Below are positions 1-11,945 of a stretch of 64,000 nucleotides of DNA, in pieces. Origin of the DNA: an uncultured Chloroflexia bacterium (lineage in GTDB: Bacteria; Chloroflexota; Dehalococcoidia; DSTF01; JALHUB01); the NCBI GenBank assembly GCA_963703345.1, contig OY969814.1, positions 1,504,001 to 1,568,000 on the forward strand. Direction: 5' to 3'. The position numbers and the translations under genes are program-made. The notes under the pieces are model-generated. The model was not told where the DNA came from. It did no database searches and saw only the letters and a program-made list of their open reading frames with translations. The first letter of the stretch is position 1; each line of letters opens with the position of its first letter.

Positions 1-8
1 CCCAAAAT

Positions 9-40
9 CTGGGCACCCGCTCGAAAGAGTGGGTGCCCAG
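9..40. terminator. GC-rich hairpin, probable terminator
   Basis: ctgggcacccgctc-gaaa-gagtgggtgcccag, preceded by aaaa (U-tract if read on the minus strand). Confidence 0.5.
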
Positions 41-200
41 TCATCTCCTTGAAGCCCCCTTTCACCGGCTCTGCACGCTTCGCTCAAACACGTCCCGAGG
101 CACCCACGATAGGCCTGTGCTGCCAGTGGACATTTAGCCGGAAGGCGTGCTATAGATATCCACAATCGGGAATCGAAGCAGGAAATAGGAGGTTTCTTTC

Positions 201-851
201 GTGGCAAACGACATCGAGGCAAGACTCGAAGCCCTGAAAAGAGAGGTGGAGGGGCTGAAGGGCAAGGCCGTCACGGTCACGGAGACTATTGCGAACCCCG
301 CGCCTCTGGGTCTCGCCGGCTTTGGTCTCACCACGCTGCTGCTCAACGTGGTGAACGCAGGCATCATCAACAAGACCGACATTGGGATGGTGTTGCCCGT
401 CGGTCTCTTCTACGGCGGTCTCGCGCAGTTGCTGGCCGGCCAGTGGGAGTTCAAGAAGAACAACACCTTTGGCGCGACCGCCTTCACGTCCTTCGGCGCC
501 TTCTGGCTGTCCTTCGCTGTGATGGAGATACTGATCGGCAACAAAATTCTGGGTCCGGTATCGGCTCCGGGCGGCATCACGGTGTTCCTGATCGGATGGG
601 GAATCTTCACCACCTACATGTTTGTCGGCACCATGAGGATCTCAGTGGCGCTGATGGTCGTGTTCGCAGCGCTGGCGATTCTCTTCTATCTGCTGGCCTG
701 GGGCGCACACAGCGGAAACTCGAATGTCGAACACTTCGCTGGCTATGAAGGTCTCTTCACTGCCGGCGCGGCGCTGTACGCCTCATTCGCCCAGATCGTC
801 AACGAGACCTGGGGCCGCGTACTCCTGCCCCTGGGCGTAATCAAGAAATAG
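201..851 (+). CDS. satP: GPR1/FUN34/YaaH (SatP/AceTr) acetate uptake family transporter
   Basis: ANPAPLGLAGF signature, NTFGATAFTSFGAFW, ~6 TM helices, AGGAGG RBS. Confidence 0.9.
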   Translation: MANDIEARLEALKREVEGLKGKAVTVTETIANPAPLGLAGFGLTTLLLNVVNAGIINKTDIGMVLPVGLFYGGLAQLLAGQWEFKKNNTFGATAFTSFGAFWLSFAVMEILIGNKILGPVSAPGGITVFLIGWGIFTTYMFVGTMRISVALMVVFAALAILFYLLAWGAHSGNSNVEHFAGYEGLFTAGAALYASFAQIVNETWGRVLLPLGVIKK

Positions 852-922
852 CAGGCGCTCTTAGCGAGAAGAGGGCGCTCGCGGAGGCAACCGCCTAGAC
901 GCGAGCGGGCCAGGAACCATTG

Positions 923-961
923 GGCCGCCGGCGAAGGATTCTTCGTCGGCGGCCTCTCTTT
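923..961 (+). terminator. intrinsic terminator after satP
   Basis: ggccgccggcgaag-gatt-cttcgtcggcggcc followed by tctcttt. Confidence 0.7.
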
Positions 962-1072
962 GTCCGGCCCCGTCCGACCCTGCGCTGGACAAGCAGAAGC
1001 GACGGCCGAACGGCCGCCGCTTCCATCGCTGGCCCCCTGGTCTTCTTATGGGCTGCCCGTTCCCTGGCCGGA

Positions 1073-1522
1073 TTAGGCCGCCGTTATCAGCAGGACCGGC
1101 ACGTGCGACTCCCTTAGCACCTGGTCGGCGACGCTTCCGAACATCAGTCGCGCCACGCCCCGTCGCGAACGCGTGGCCATGGCGATGATATCCGTGCCGT
1201 ATTCGGCCGCCGCCTTCAGTATCTCGCTCGACGGGTTGCCGAAGCGAACTTCCATCTCCGGCTTCAGGCCGTGGTCCTCAAAGCGCTCCGCCACAGGCCG
1301 GAGATGGTTCTCCGCCTCCTCTATCTGCGACTCGACCCAGGCAAGGCTGGCCACCTCGTCGCTGTCGCCATCCTGCGTAACCTGGCTGTTACGCTTGTCG
1401 AGATCGACGACCGTAAGCAGCCGAATGCTGCATCCAAATGCCTTCGCTGTCTCGGCGGCATGCTGTACTACGACTTCGGAACGAAGGGAACCATCCACCG
1501 GGACCAGCATCTTCTTGTACAT
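1073..1522 (-). CDS. universal stress protein (UspA family)
   Basis: MYKKMLVPVDGS start; MATRSRRGVARLMFGSVADQVLR motif. Confidence 0.92.
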   Translation of the reverse strand: MYKKMLVPVDGSLRSEVVVQHAAETAKAFGCSIRLLTVVDLDKRNSQVTQDGDSDEVASLAWVESQIEEAENHLRPVAERFEDHGLKPEMEVRFGNPSSEILKAAAEYGTDIIAMATRSRRGVARLMFGSVADQVLRESHVPVLLITAA

Positions 1523-1676
1523 GGCGTCCTACCTCCGACCTGAAAGCAGTAAGCGCTATATTGCTAGGCTCAAGAAGATATCGGCAGACGCCAGACCGAT
1601 CTATATAGTGGCAGTTCCCTATATGCGGGCCACGATGCGAGCCGGTTCGCGCGAGGAAGCGACGAAGCCGGCACCT

Positions 1677-2498
1677 TTAGGAGATGGGGACCTCCGGCGC
1701 GAACGAGATCGGCGCATAGCCCCCGGACAGGAATCCGCCTTCGACCGCGATGCCCTGGCCTGTGATGTAGCTGGAGGCGTCGGAGGCGAGAAACACAGTC
1801 AGCGGGCCCAGTTCCCACGGTTCGCCGACGCGCTGAGCCGGGAAGAACTTGCCCCTGTCCTTCCAGTAGCGCTCCTCCTGCTCGTTCGCCGACGGCCGCT
1901 TCGCGAACTCGCCGGGGATGATGCAGTTCACCCGAATGTTGTAACGGGCCAGCATGATTGCAAACGACTTGGTGAGGGAGACGATACCGGCCTTTGCGGC
2001 CGCATATGGGAGTATATGGGGAGCCCCGCGGAAGGCAGTGCCGGAGCTAAGGGTAATGATGGAGCCGCTACCCTGGTCGATCATCGGTTTGGCGACGGCG
2101 CGGGCGCAGTAGAAGGCGCTGGAAAGATTTACGTCGATGTTGTCGTGCCAGTCTTCGTCGGTCACTTCCCACAGAGGTCGGTTGAGACCGCGCGCCTCGC
2201 CGATGCCGGCGTTGGCCACGATCACGTCGACCCGCCCGAACTCATCCAGCGCGGCGCCTACGAGCCGGTCGACCTGCGCCGAATCACGCACGTCCGTCCG
2301 CACGGCGATGGCCCTGCGTCCGCCGCCCATGGCGATGACGTCACGCGCTATCGCATCGATGTATTCTTGCGTGCGCGCGGCGGCGACGATGTGAGCGCCT
2401 GCCTTCGCCAGGGCCAGGGTCATGTCCTTCCCCAACCCGCGGCCGGCGCCGGTAATCACGACCACTTTTCCAGTCAGGTCGAACCTCTCCATCACCAT
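1677..2498 (-). CDS. short-chain dehydrogenase/reductase
   Basis: TGAGRGLG, NAG, YAAAK, YITGQ motifs. Confidence 0.93.
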   Translation of the reverse strand: MVMERFDLTGKVVVITGAGRGLGKDMTLALAKAGAHIVAAARTQEYIDAIARDVIAMGGGRRAIAVRTDVRDSAQVDRLVGAALDEFGRVDVIVANAGIGEARGLNRPLWEVTDEDWHDNIDVNLSSAFYCARAVAKPMIDQGSGSIITLSSGTAFRGAPHILPYAAAKAGIVSLTKSFAIMLARYNIRVNCIIPGEFAKRPSANEQEERYWKDRGKFFPAQRVGEPWELGPLTVFLASDASSYITGQGIAVEGGFLSGGYAPISFAPEVPIS

Positions 2499-2606
2499 CG
2501 CTGTTCATCCTCCCTGTTGCTGCTCGTCCGATTGTGGGCAGTATATGGGATGGCCTGCCTGACGGCAACGTCGAAAGAGACCTGGGTGGATCGGCTGGGG
2601 GGCAGG

Positions 2607-3602
2607 TCAGACAGTCCAGACGCTCTGAAGCCGCTTGATGTCCATCGTGCCACTGTTGGCGATATTTTCGGCCGGAATACCGGCTTCCTCGGCCGCGGCC
2701 AGCGGGTTCAGGCCGCCATCAAGAATAAGGCCCACCTTGTTCAGCCCAACGGGTATCTGGCAAACAGGCTGGCTGGGGTAGCCGGTGACGACCACGCCGC
2801 CGATTCCCACGCCCCGCAGCTTCTCGATGATCTCCTCAGCCATCGGTTTCGCCGCACCCGGTATCTCGCGGAAATTCGCGAGGATCTTGCCGTTGCCGTT
2901 GATAGCCGCCTCGCGCACGCTGGTCATGCCCGCCTTGATGTAGGCTAACGAGGGGTCTAGCGACGAGCCGGCGTAGTGGATTATGGCGACGAATCGCCGC
3001 GGCTGGCCATCACGCACTTCCAGGATGCCGCCGAAGCGGGAGTCCATCGGAATGCCGGCCTTGAGCAGCACGCCGTTGATCGTCGCGCTGCAAACGGTTG
3101 CCAGCCCGACCCTACCTTCGGGGACGATAACGTCACCTAGCTTCTCGCCTTCGTCGGCCACGGCAACGAGCTCACTCACGCAGACGCCGGCGACAAACGC
3201 GTCCTTCATCGCCGCCAGCGCCTTCCGGAACCTGTCCTTCGGGAAAATCGACGTGTTTATCACGACCTCGCCGGTGCCGCGGGTCGGGTCCAGCGTCGTC
3301 TGAAAGGCAAGCGAGGCGATGCGTTCAATGACGAAACCGAGCTGCTCCGGCGCCAGCGCGTTCGACAGCTCTTCGTGCCCCCGGCGCGTCAGCATCCGGC
3401 CATCCCTGCCCAGCGGCTGGGTGAAGCCGCGGGCATCGGTGATCCGCAAGTGATAGCGGACCGTGCGCTCGTTCAGGTAGATGCCCTGGTTCTCTAGCTC
3501 GCGGGCGATGCTGATCGAGCCCAGCGGCTCTTTCGACTCGCTGAGCACCTTCAGTATCGCGACCGTCTTTCTCTCCGTGTCGCGGGCTTCGCTCTCCAAC
3601 AT
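2607..3602 (-). CDS. nrpR: NrpR-family nitrogen regulator (wHTH + DUF128/NRD domain)
   Basis: N-terminal wHTH (ERTVRYHL) plus GLATVCSATINGVLLKAGIP, GSSLDP, ILANFREIP, GGLNP motifs. Confidence 0.85.
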   Translation of the reverse strand: MLESEARDTERKTVAILKVLSESKEPLGSISIARELENQGIYLNERTVRYHLRITDARGFTQPLGRDGRMLTRRGHEELSNALAPEQLGFVIERIASLAFQTTLDPTRGTGEVVINTSIFPKDRFRKALAAMKDAFVAGVCVSELVAVADEGEKLGDVIVPEGRVGLATVCSATINGVLLKAGIPMDSRFGGILEVRDGQPRRFVAIIHYAGSSLDPSLAYIKAGMTSVREAAINGNGKILANFREIPGAAKPMAEEIIEKLRGVGIGGVVVTGYPSQPVCQIPVGLNKVGLILDGGLNPLAAAEEAGIPAENIANSGTMDIKRLQSVWTV

Positions 3603-3859
3603 GGACCGATTCTACCTTTGGCGATGTGCGATTCTGTTCGACGACTTGTAGCAGTCAATAGTATTGTAGTGCGCCGCATTCCTTGTGCCAAATGGGGGCG
3701 GAGGGTGCCGGCGGCCAGGGGTAGAGACCTCGGGTCTCGATAGCGTTGAACGACGCGGCCCGACGCCTGGAGCGGTCGAGACCGCGGTGCTGGAAGGGAC
3801 GATGATCCGCCATCCTCGGGCCGCTCGGGTTGCCGAGCGGCCTGGCACTCGTTTCGACG

Positions 3860-4723
3860 CTAGGAGAACAGGTCCTCGGGGCGCGCCTTCGGCGCTCGGA
3901 GAGTTGCGTGGCGGGAGCGGTAGTACTCCTCCGGACTGCAGCCTATCTCGCGACGAAATGCGCGATTGAACTGCGCATAGCTCCCGAAGCCCGCTTCTTT
4001 GGCGACCCCGAACAGCACCTTCTGTTTGTGTTGCGGCCGAATTCGCAGGAACTTCTGCAGGCGAACATGGTTGCGGAAATCGCTGATGTTCATCCCGACC
4101 TGGCGTTTAAACAGACGGCTCAACTGACCGGGGCTGATGCCCGCCTTCCTCGCCAGCGCCGTCAGGTCGCGCGACGGATCGTGGAGCAGGAAGGACATGG
4201 CGCGCGACACTCCGGGGTGAAGCGCCTTCGCGTCCCGAGAATCGCCGTAGGCGAAGGCGTTCCAGGCCGACGCCAGCCACCAGGCCATGCCGTACTCATA
4301 GCAATCGAGCGGCTGGAAGCCGGCGTACAGCTCTTGGGCGATGTTGTTTAGCGTCCGAACGCATCCAGCCGGGAGGACGCGCGTCATGCCTAAGGCAGGG
4401 CCCTTTCCGGCAACGATGGGGATTCGCGGCTTCATCTGCTCGAACATCTGGGACGAGACACCGATCAGCCACATTGAGAAATCCGGCGTGTATTCCATGA
4501 TGACGTGTTCCAGCTCCGGCGGGAGCCAGAGCAGACTGCGCGCTTGGAGATTGAATCTCTCACCGCCGACCTCGTAGACGCAGCTTCCAGCCGTAACGAG
4601 CACGACCTCCAGCGTATCGTGGCAGTGCACCTCTCCCTTCAGCACCTGGGCGACGTCCCGTCGCGGAAACCGCCAGGCCACACCGCTTCTGCCCTTCGGC
4701 AGCGCCACCACTCTTCTAAACAT
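3860..4723 (-). CDS. AraC-family transcriptional regulator with cupin domain
   Basis: HCHDTLE cupin; LSRLFKRQVG and AGFGSYAQFNRAFRREIGCSPEEY HTH. Confidence 0.92.
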   Translation of the reverse strand: MFRRVVALPKGRSGVAWRFPRRDVAQVLKGEVHCHDTLEVVLVTAGSCVYEVGGERFNLQARSLLWLPPELEHVIMEYTPDFSMWLIGVSSQMFEQMKPRIPIVAGKGPALGMTRVLPAGCVRTLNNIAQELYAGFQPLDCYEYGMAWWLASAWNAFAYGDSRDAKALHPGVSRAMSFLLHDPSRDLTALARKAGISPGQLSRLFKRQVGMNISDFRNHVRLQKFLRIRPQHKQKVLFGVAKEAGFGSYAQFNRAFRREIGCSPEEYYRSRHATLRAPKARPEDLFS

Positions 4724-4900
4724 GCGAGAAGACTACATCCTTGTGATGGAATGTGCAATGAGCGCTCAATATCCGCCTGCGAAAGTGGAGAGATCATATT
4801 AACGAATGGACTTACACGGGTCGGACGGCGCTTGAAGTCAGCGCGTCTCAGGCATATCTTGCAGTTACCGGTCCTCTCTTGAAAAGGCGGAAGGCAGGGT

Positions 4901-6121
4901 GTGATGAGACAAGTCGCTGTCGTTGGAGCGGGGATGACCCGCTTTGGCAAGTACCTGGAGCGCGGACTGAAAGACCTGGCGAGAGAGGCCGTCGAAGGGG
5001 CGCTGGCCACCGCGGGGACGGAGAGATCGTCCTTGCAGGTCGCGGTCGTTGGAAACGGCGCCGCGGGCCTCATCACCGGCCAGGAGATGGTGCGCGCGGA
5101 GGTCATGCTGCGGGAGATGGGGATCGGCGGCATCCCCATGCTCAACGCCGAGAACGCCTGCGCCAGCTCCTCGACCGCCTTTCACCTCGCCTGGCTCTAC
5201 GTCGCCTCCGGCATGTACGACCTGGCGCTCGCGCTCGGCGTCGAAAAACTTTACCACACCGACAAACAGCGCTCCTTCGCCGCCATCGGCTCTGCCGTCG
5301 ACGTGGAGCTGACGGAGCAGATGGTCGCCGAGGCCCAGGCGGACCAGGCGCGTGAAGGCCTGGCCGCGGGCGCCGGCTCCTCGCGCAGCCTCTTCATGGA
5401 CCTCTATGCGGCCCTTGCCCGCGACCACATGCGTCGCTACGGCACTACGAAGGAGCAGTACGCTCGCATAGCCGTCAAGAACCACTTCAACGGCAGCCTC
5501 AATCCCCATGCCCAGTACAGGGAGCGCTACACGCTCGAAGAGGTGCTGGCGTCGCCGCCCGTCACCGAGCCGCTCACCCGTCTCATGTGCTCTCCCATCG
5601 GCGACGGTGCCGCCGCGCTCGTCCTCTGTTCGGAGGAGAAGGCGCGTCAGCTCACAACGAAACCGGTCTGGGTGCGTGCCAGCGTCCTCACGACAGGCGA
5701 GGACCATTCTCCCGACGAGCCGGGCCTGGGCGAACGCGCCGCCGCTGCCGCCTACGAGATGGCCGCGCTCACGCCCGAAGACGTCAACGTCGCCGAGCTG
5801 CACGATGCCACGGCCTCTGCTGAGCTTATCCTCTGCGAAGAGATGGGCTTTTGCCCGCGGGGCGAGGGCGGCCGCCTCATCGACAGCGGCTGGACGTCTC
5901 TAGGAGGGAAGCTTCCCGTGAACACGAGCGGCGGCCTCATCTCCAAGGGCCACCCGATAGGCGCAACCGGCGCGGCGCAGATATTCGAGGCGTTCCTTCA
6001 GTTGCGCGGAGAGGCCGGCGACCGGCAAGTGGTTGGAGCCAAGGTCGCGCTCGCGGAGAACAGCGGCGGCATGATGCGGGGCGAAAACGCCGTCGCCAGC
6101 GTGCACATCTTCTCGCTGTGA
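4901..6121 (+). CDS. thiolase family protein (SCP2/lipid-transfer type)
   Basis: ENACASSS, KNH, ELHDA, NTSGGLISKGHPIGATG. Confidence 0.9.
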   Translation: MMRQVAVVGAGMTRFGKYLERGLKDLAREAVEGALATAGTERSSLQVAVVGNGAAGLITGQEMVRAEVMLREMGIGGIPMLNAENACASSSTAFHLAWLYVASGMYDLALALGVEKLYHTDKQRSFAAIGSAVDVELTEQMVAEAQADQAREGLAAGAGSSRSLFMDLYAALARDHMRRYGTTKEQYARIAVKNHFNGSLNPHAQYRERYTLEEVLASPPVTEPLTRLMCSPIGDGAAALVLCSEEKARQLTTKPVWVRASVLTTGEDHSPDEPGLGERAAAAAYEMAALTPEDVNVAELHDATASAELILCEEMGFCPRGEGGRLIDSGWTSLGGKLPVNTSGGLISKGHPIGATGAAQIFEAFLQLRGEAGDRQVVGAKVALAENSGGMMRGENAVASVHIFSL

Positions 6122-6136
6122 CGGCGCCTCAAGCGT

Positions 6137-6739
6137 CTACTGGACGCTCGTGAGACAGAAGAGGTTCGTCTTCTTCGTGTGGTCATAGAAGCGCTGCTCG
6201 CACTTCTCCGGCGATGCGTCGGCCGGCGAGTCAACGCCCGCGATCAGCGTGAACGTCTTGCCGTCAGAGACGTACCAGTAGCCGTTGGTCACGGGATTCC
6301 CGTCCGGATCGGTTGGTATCGGGTCCAGATAGTCTTTAATCTTGCAGAGCGCGTCCAGGTCCTTGTAGCTGCAACCTGACTGGACGTTGTTGTTGTTGCT
6401 CGGGAACTCCCCCTTGTCGGCCTTGTACTGCTCCAGGGCCACGCCGATCTTGTACAGGTCCGAAAGCCGTGTCTGGTCCCGCTCCTGCGCCACGATGGCG
6501 GGAATCGCGGTCGGCCCCGGCGTGGGGATCTCTGTCGCCGCGGGGGCCCACGGCGTCGGCGAAACCGGTGCGGCTTCGACGGTGGCGCGGACCACGTCCG
6601 GCGACTGGGCCTGGTTCTGTGGTTGCGCGTTCGTCGGAGCGCCCAGCGTCAGGTCAAGCGCCAGCGCGATGAGGACGACGAGGATAGCCGACGCTATGGG
6701 AACATAGGGAAGCCACTTGCGCCATTCTTCTCGCGACAC
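6137..6739 (-). CDS. membrane-anchored protein with Pro/Thr linker and pilin/T2SS-G-like domain
   Basis: TM helix, PTP linker, RDQTRLSDL..I..ALEQY..D.G.FP and IPTDP pseudopilin-like motifs; GGAGGAGG RBS. Confidence 0.65.
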   Translation of the reverse strand: MSREEWRKWLPYVPIASAILVVLIALALDLTLGAPTNAQPQNQAQSPDVVRATVEAAPVSPTPWAPAATEIPTPGPTAIPAIVAQERDQTRLSDLYKIGVALEQYKADKGEFPSNNNNVQSGCSYKDLDALCKIKDYLDPIPTDPDGNPVTNGYWYVSDGKTFTLIAGVDSPADASPEKCEQRFYDHTKKTNLFCLTSVQ

Positions 6740-6751
6740 GTCATCCTCCTC

Positions 6752-7795
6752 CTAACATATTCTCGGTAGCTGCTCCCCGCTCATAACGTCGACGATCCGT
6801 TCGCCGCCTATGCGCGTTCTCATGACGACCACGCCGCCGTTCTCAGCCACCGCCCGCCCGATGACCGCCGCTTCCCTGCCGCAAGGATGGCGCCGCAGCG
6901 CCTCGACCGCCCGCTTTCCCTCGCCTGCCGATACAAAAGCGAGGAAGTTGCCCTCATTCGCCACGTACAGCGGGTCCAGGCCGAGAATCTCACACACGCC
7001 CTGCACGCCTGGCCCAACGGCGATGCTCTCCTCCTCGATCACCACGCCCTTGCCGCTCTTCTTCGCGATCTCGTTCAGCGCCGACGACACGCCGCCGCGC
7101 GTCGGGTCGCGCAGCATGTGAATGTCGATCCCTTCGTTAGCCAGCGCTTCCACCATCGGAAACAGCGGCGCCGAGTCGCTCTCGATGGCAACGTCGAGGT
7201 CGAGCCCTTCGCGTAGAGCCATTATAGCGATTCCATGCCGCCCGAGCGAGCCGCTCAAGACGATCTCGTCGCCCGGCCGGACGCGTTGCGGCCCCACGTC
7301 AACGTCGGGAAGGACGGCGCCGATGCCCGCCGTGTTGATGAACAGGCCATCGCCCTTGCCGCGCTCGACCACCTTGCTGTCGCCGGTGACGATCTGGACG
7401 CCCGCCTCCCGCGCGGCCTCCTTTAGCGATACGACGACGCGCCAGAGGTCCGCCATCGGCAGGCCCTCCTCGATGATCAGGCCGCAGCTCAGGAACAGCG
7501 GCCGCGCGCCGCACATCGCCAAGTCGTTCGCCGTCCCGAAGACCGCCAGACTGCCGATGTCGCCGCCGGGGAAGAACAGCGGCTGCACGACGTAGGAGTC
7601 GGTCGAAAGCGCCAGCCGCTGCCCGCCGATGTCGAGCAGGGCGCCGTCGTGCAGCGGCGCCAGGTACGGGTTGTCGAAGGAAGGGAGGAGCACGCGCTCG
7701 ATGAGGTTTTGCGTTAGCCGGCCGCCGCCGCCGTGGGCCAGAAGGACGCGCGGGTACTCGTCGAGAGGCAGCGGGCATTCCGGGAAGAGAGTCAC
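6752..7795 (-). CDS. hypE: hydrogenase maturation protein HypE
   Basis: [29 protein letters not shown]-terminal PRIC; GTG start at 7795 overlaps the hypD stop. Confidence 0.95.
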   Translation of the reverse strand: MTLFPECPLPLDEYPRVLLAHGGGGRLTQNLIERVLLPSFDNPYLAPLHDGALLDIGGQRLALSTDSYVVQPLFFPGGDIGSLAVFGTANDLAMCGARPLFLSCGLIIEEGLPMADLWRVVVSLKEAAREAGVQIVTGDSKVVERGKGDGLFINTAGIGAVLPDVDVGPQRVRPGDEIVLSGSLGRHGIAIMALREGLDLDVAIESDSAPLFPMVEALANEGIDIHMLRDPTRGGVSSALNEIAKKSGKGVVIEEESIAVGPGVQGVCEILGLDPLYVANEGNFLAFVSAGEGKRAVEALRRHPCGREAAVIGRAVAENGGVVVMRTRIGGERIVDVMSGEQLPRIC

Positions 7796-8892
7796 CGGGG
7801 CGCTCCCTGACGTGCGTAGTGATAGTACGCGGCGCAGGCGCCCTCGGAGGAGACCATCGGCGCGCCCAGGCAGTGCTCCGGCGTGCACTCGACGCCGAAG
7901 GCCGGGCAATCCGCCGGCTTCCTGATCCCCTGGAGGACGAGGCCGGCAATGCAGACGGTCTCCGCTTGCGGCCGGGCCGTCACCGCGACGTCGAAGGCGC
8001 GCAGCGCGTCGAAGCGGGCGTAGCGCCCCTTCAGCCGCAGACCGCTCCTCGGGATGACGCCGATGCCGCGCCAGCCGTGGTCGACGACCTCGAACACGCT
8101 CTCCATCAACGCCAGCGCCTGCCCGTTGCCCTCCCGCTTCACCGAGCGCGCGTACTGGTTCTCGACCTCGCAGCGGCCCTCTTCGAGCTGGCGGACGAGC
8201 ATGTACGTCGCCTGCAGCAGGTCCAGCGGCTCGAAACCGCTGACGACCATGGGCATGCGGTATCTCCCCGCTAGCCGCTCGTACGCGACGTAGCCGGTCA
8301 CGGTGCAGACGTGCCCCGGCGCCAGGAATCCCTGGACGCGGTTCTCCGGCGATGACGCTATCGCTTCGAGGGCCGGCGGCACCAGGACGTGCGAAGTTAA
8401 CATAAAGAAGTTGTCGATGCCCTCGCGCTCCGCCACGACGACAGCCATGGCGTTCGCCGGCGCCGTCGTCTCGAAGCCGATGGCGAAGAAGACGACCTTT
8501 CGATCCGGGTGCTCGCGCGCCAGCTTGAGCGCGTCGAGCGACGAATAGACCATCCGCACGTCGCCGCCTTCGGCCTTGACGCTGAGCAGGTCCTTGACGT
8601 TGCCCGGCACCCGCAGCATGTCGCCGTAGGAGACCAGGGTGACGTCGGGACGCTCCGCCAGCGCAATCGCCTGGTCGATAATCTCGACCGGCGTGACGCA
8701 GACCGGACAGCCCGGCCCGTGGATGAGCGTGACCTCCGGCGGCAGCATCTGGTCGATGCCGTATTTGAGGAACGAGTGCGTCTGGCTGCCGCAGACCTCC
8801 ATGATGGTCCACGGGCGCGTCACGGCGGCGGCAATGGCGTCGAGCAGCCTGCGGGAGGCGTCGCCGTCGCGGTATTCATCGAGGTAGCGCAC
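7792..8892 (-). CDS. hypD: hydrogenase maturation protein HypD
   Basis: [34 protein letters not shown]. Confidence 0.96.
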   Translation of the reverse strand: MRYLDEYRDGDASRRLLDAIAAAVTRPWTIMEVCGSQTHSFLKYGIDQMLPPEVTLIHGPGCPVCVTPVEIIDQAIALAERPDVTLVSYGDMLRVPGNVKDLLSVKAEGGDVRMVYSSLDALKLAREHPDRKVVFFAIGFETTAPANAMAVVVAEREGIDNFFMLTSHVLVPPALEAIASSPENRVQGFLAPGHVCTVTGYVAYERLAGRYRMPMVVSGFEPLDLLQATYMLVRQLEEGRCEVENQYARSVKREGNGQALALMESVFEVVDHGWRGIGVIPRSGLRLKGRYARFDALRAFDVAVTARPQAETVCIAGLVLQGIRKPADCPAFGVECTPEHCLGAPMVSSEGACAAYYHYARQGAPR

Positions 8893-9109
8893 TAGGGCCC
8901 TCCCAGCGTTCGCAACATCTCGAAGACGTTTCCCGCCTCCTCGGCGTCGACCCTGCTCAGGGCGAAGCCGACGTGAACGATCACGTAATCGCCGACCTGC
9001 GCGTCCGGCACGAGGTTGAGGTGAACGTCGCGCGTTGCGCCGCCGAAGCGCACCTTCGCCGTCCGCAGCTCCGACGCCTCGTCAATCGAAATGATCTCTC
9101 CCGGTATTC

Positions 9110-9119
<10 letters not shown>
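8892..9119 (-). CDS. hypC: hydrogenase chaperone HypC
   Basis: MCLGIP start; [11 protein letters not shown]. Confidence 0.96.
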
Positions 9120-11373
<2,254 letters not shown>

Positions 11374-11374
<1 letters not shown>

Positions 11375-11751
11375 CAGACTTCGAGCTCGATTCGCCTGAG
11401 GATGCAGTCCTGCCGGGCCTCGACCGTGACGTTGGCGGAGCCGCAGCGCGGGCATTGCAGCGGCGGCAGCGGCATATGGTGGTCGTGGTATTCCGGGACT
11501 GCGGGCTGACCGCGGAAGGCGCAATCGGGGCAGCTCAGCTCTGATTCGACGACGTCGATATTGATGGCGGCGTCCTTCGCGGGGCCGTTAGCAAGCGCCT
11601 GCCGCAGCCACATCCCCAGGCTGGCCGTGTCGAGAAAGGCGAGATCGCCCAGCTCCAACTCCACGGCGACCACGCGCTTGGCTTCGGCCCGCTCCGCTGC
11701 GCGCGTTACCTTCTCGGCGATCTCCCGGGCAATCATAATCTCGTGCGTCAA
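11374..11751 (-). CDS. hypA: hydrogenase nickel chaperone HypA
   Basis: (M)THE N-terminus, CPDC and CPRC Zn motifs; TTG start with GAGGGG upstream. Confidence 0.88.
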
Positions 11752-11864
11752 GACGAATGCCCCCTCATAGATTCGCACATCTATCTTAGCAAAGGGCGTT
11801 CCTTGGCGCAGTCGCCCACGCGCCCCTCACTGTCCGCCGCCCTGTCGGCGCGAACCCACACCCG

Positions 11865-11893
11865 TTGACTGCCCTTCCGGCCCGTGCTATAGT
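11865..11893 (+). promoter_or_regulatory. sigma70 promoter of infC operon
   Basis: TTGACT-17nt-TATAGT with extended -10 TG. Confidence 0.75.
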
Positions 11894-11945
11894 TTCAGAA
11901 CAAATTGGGTATGTTGCCGAAGAAGACGCTGAAGAGGTTACAGGC

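Noticed and set aside
1-200. NrpR operator upstream of satP
   Set aside because: None of the GGAA sites is followed by N6-TTCC.
852-920. Extra hairpins in the satP 3' UTR as an ncRNA
   Set aside because: Short GC-rich stems are expected by chance; no recognisable motif.
6752-8812. 686-aa ORF suggesting an extended or fused HypE
   Set aside because: The N-terminal half is an alternative frame of hypD; HypE starts at GTG 7795.
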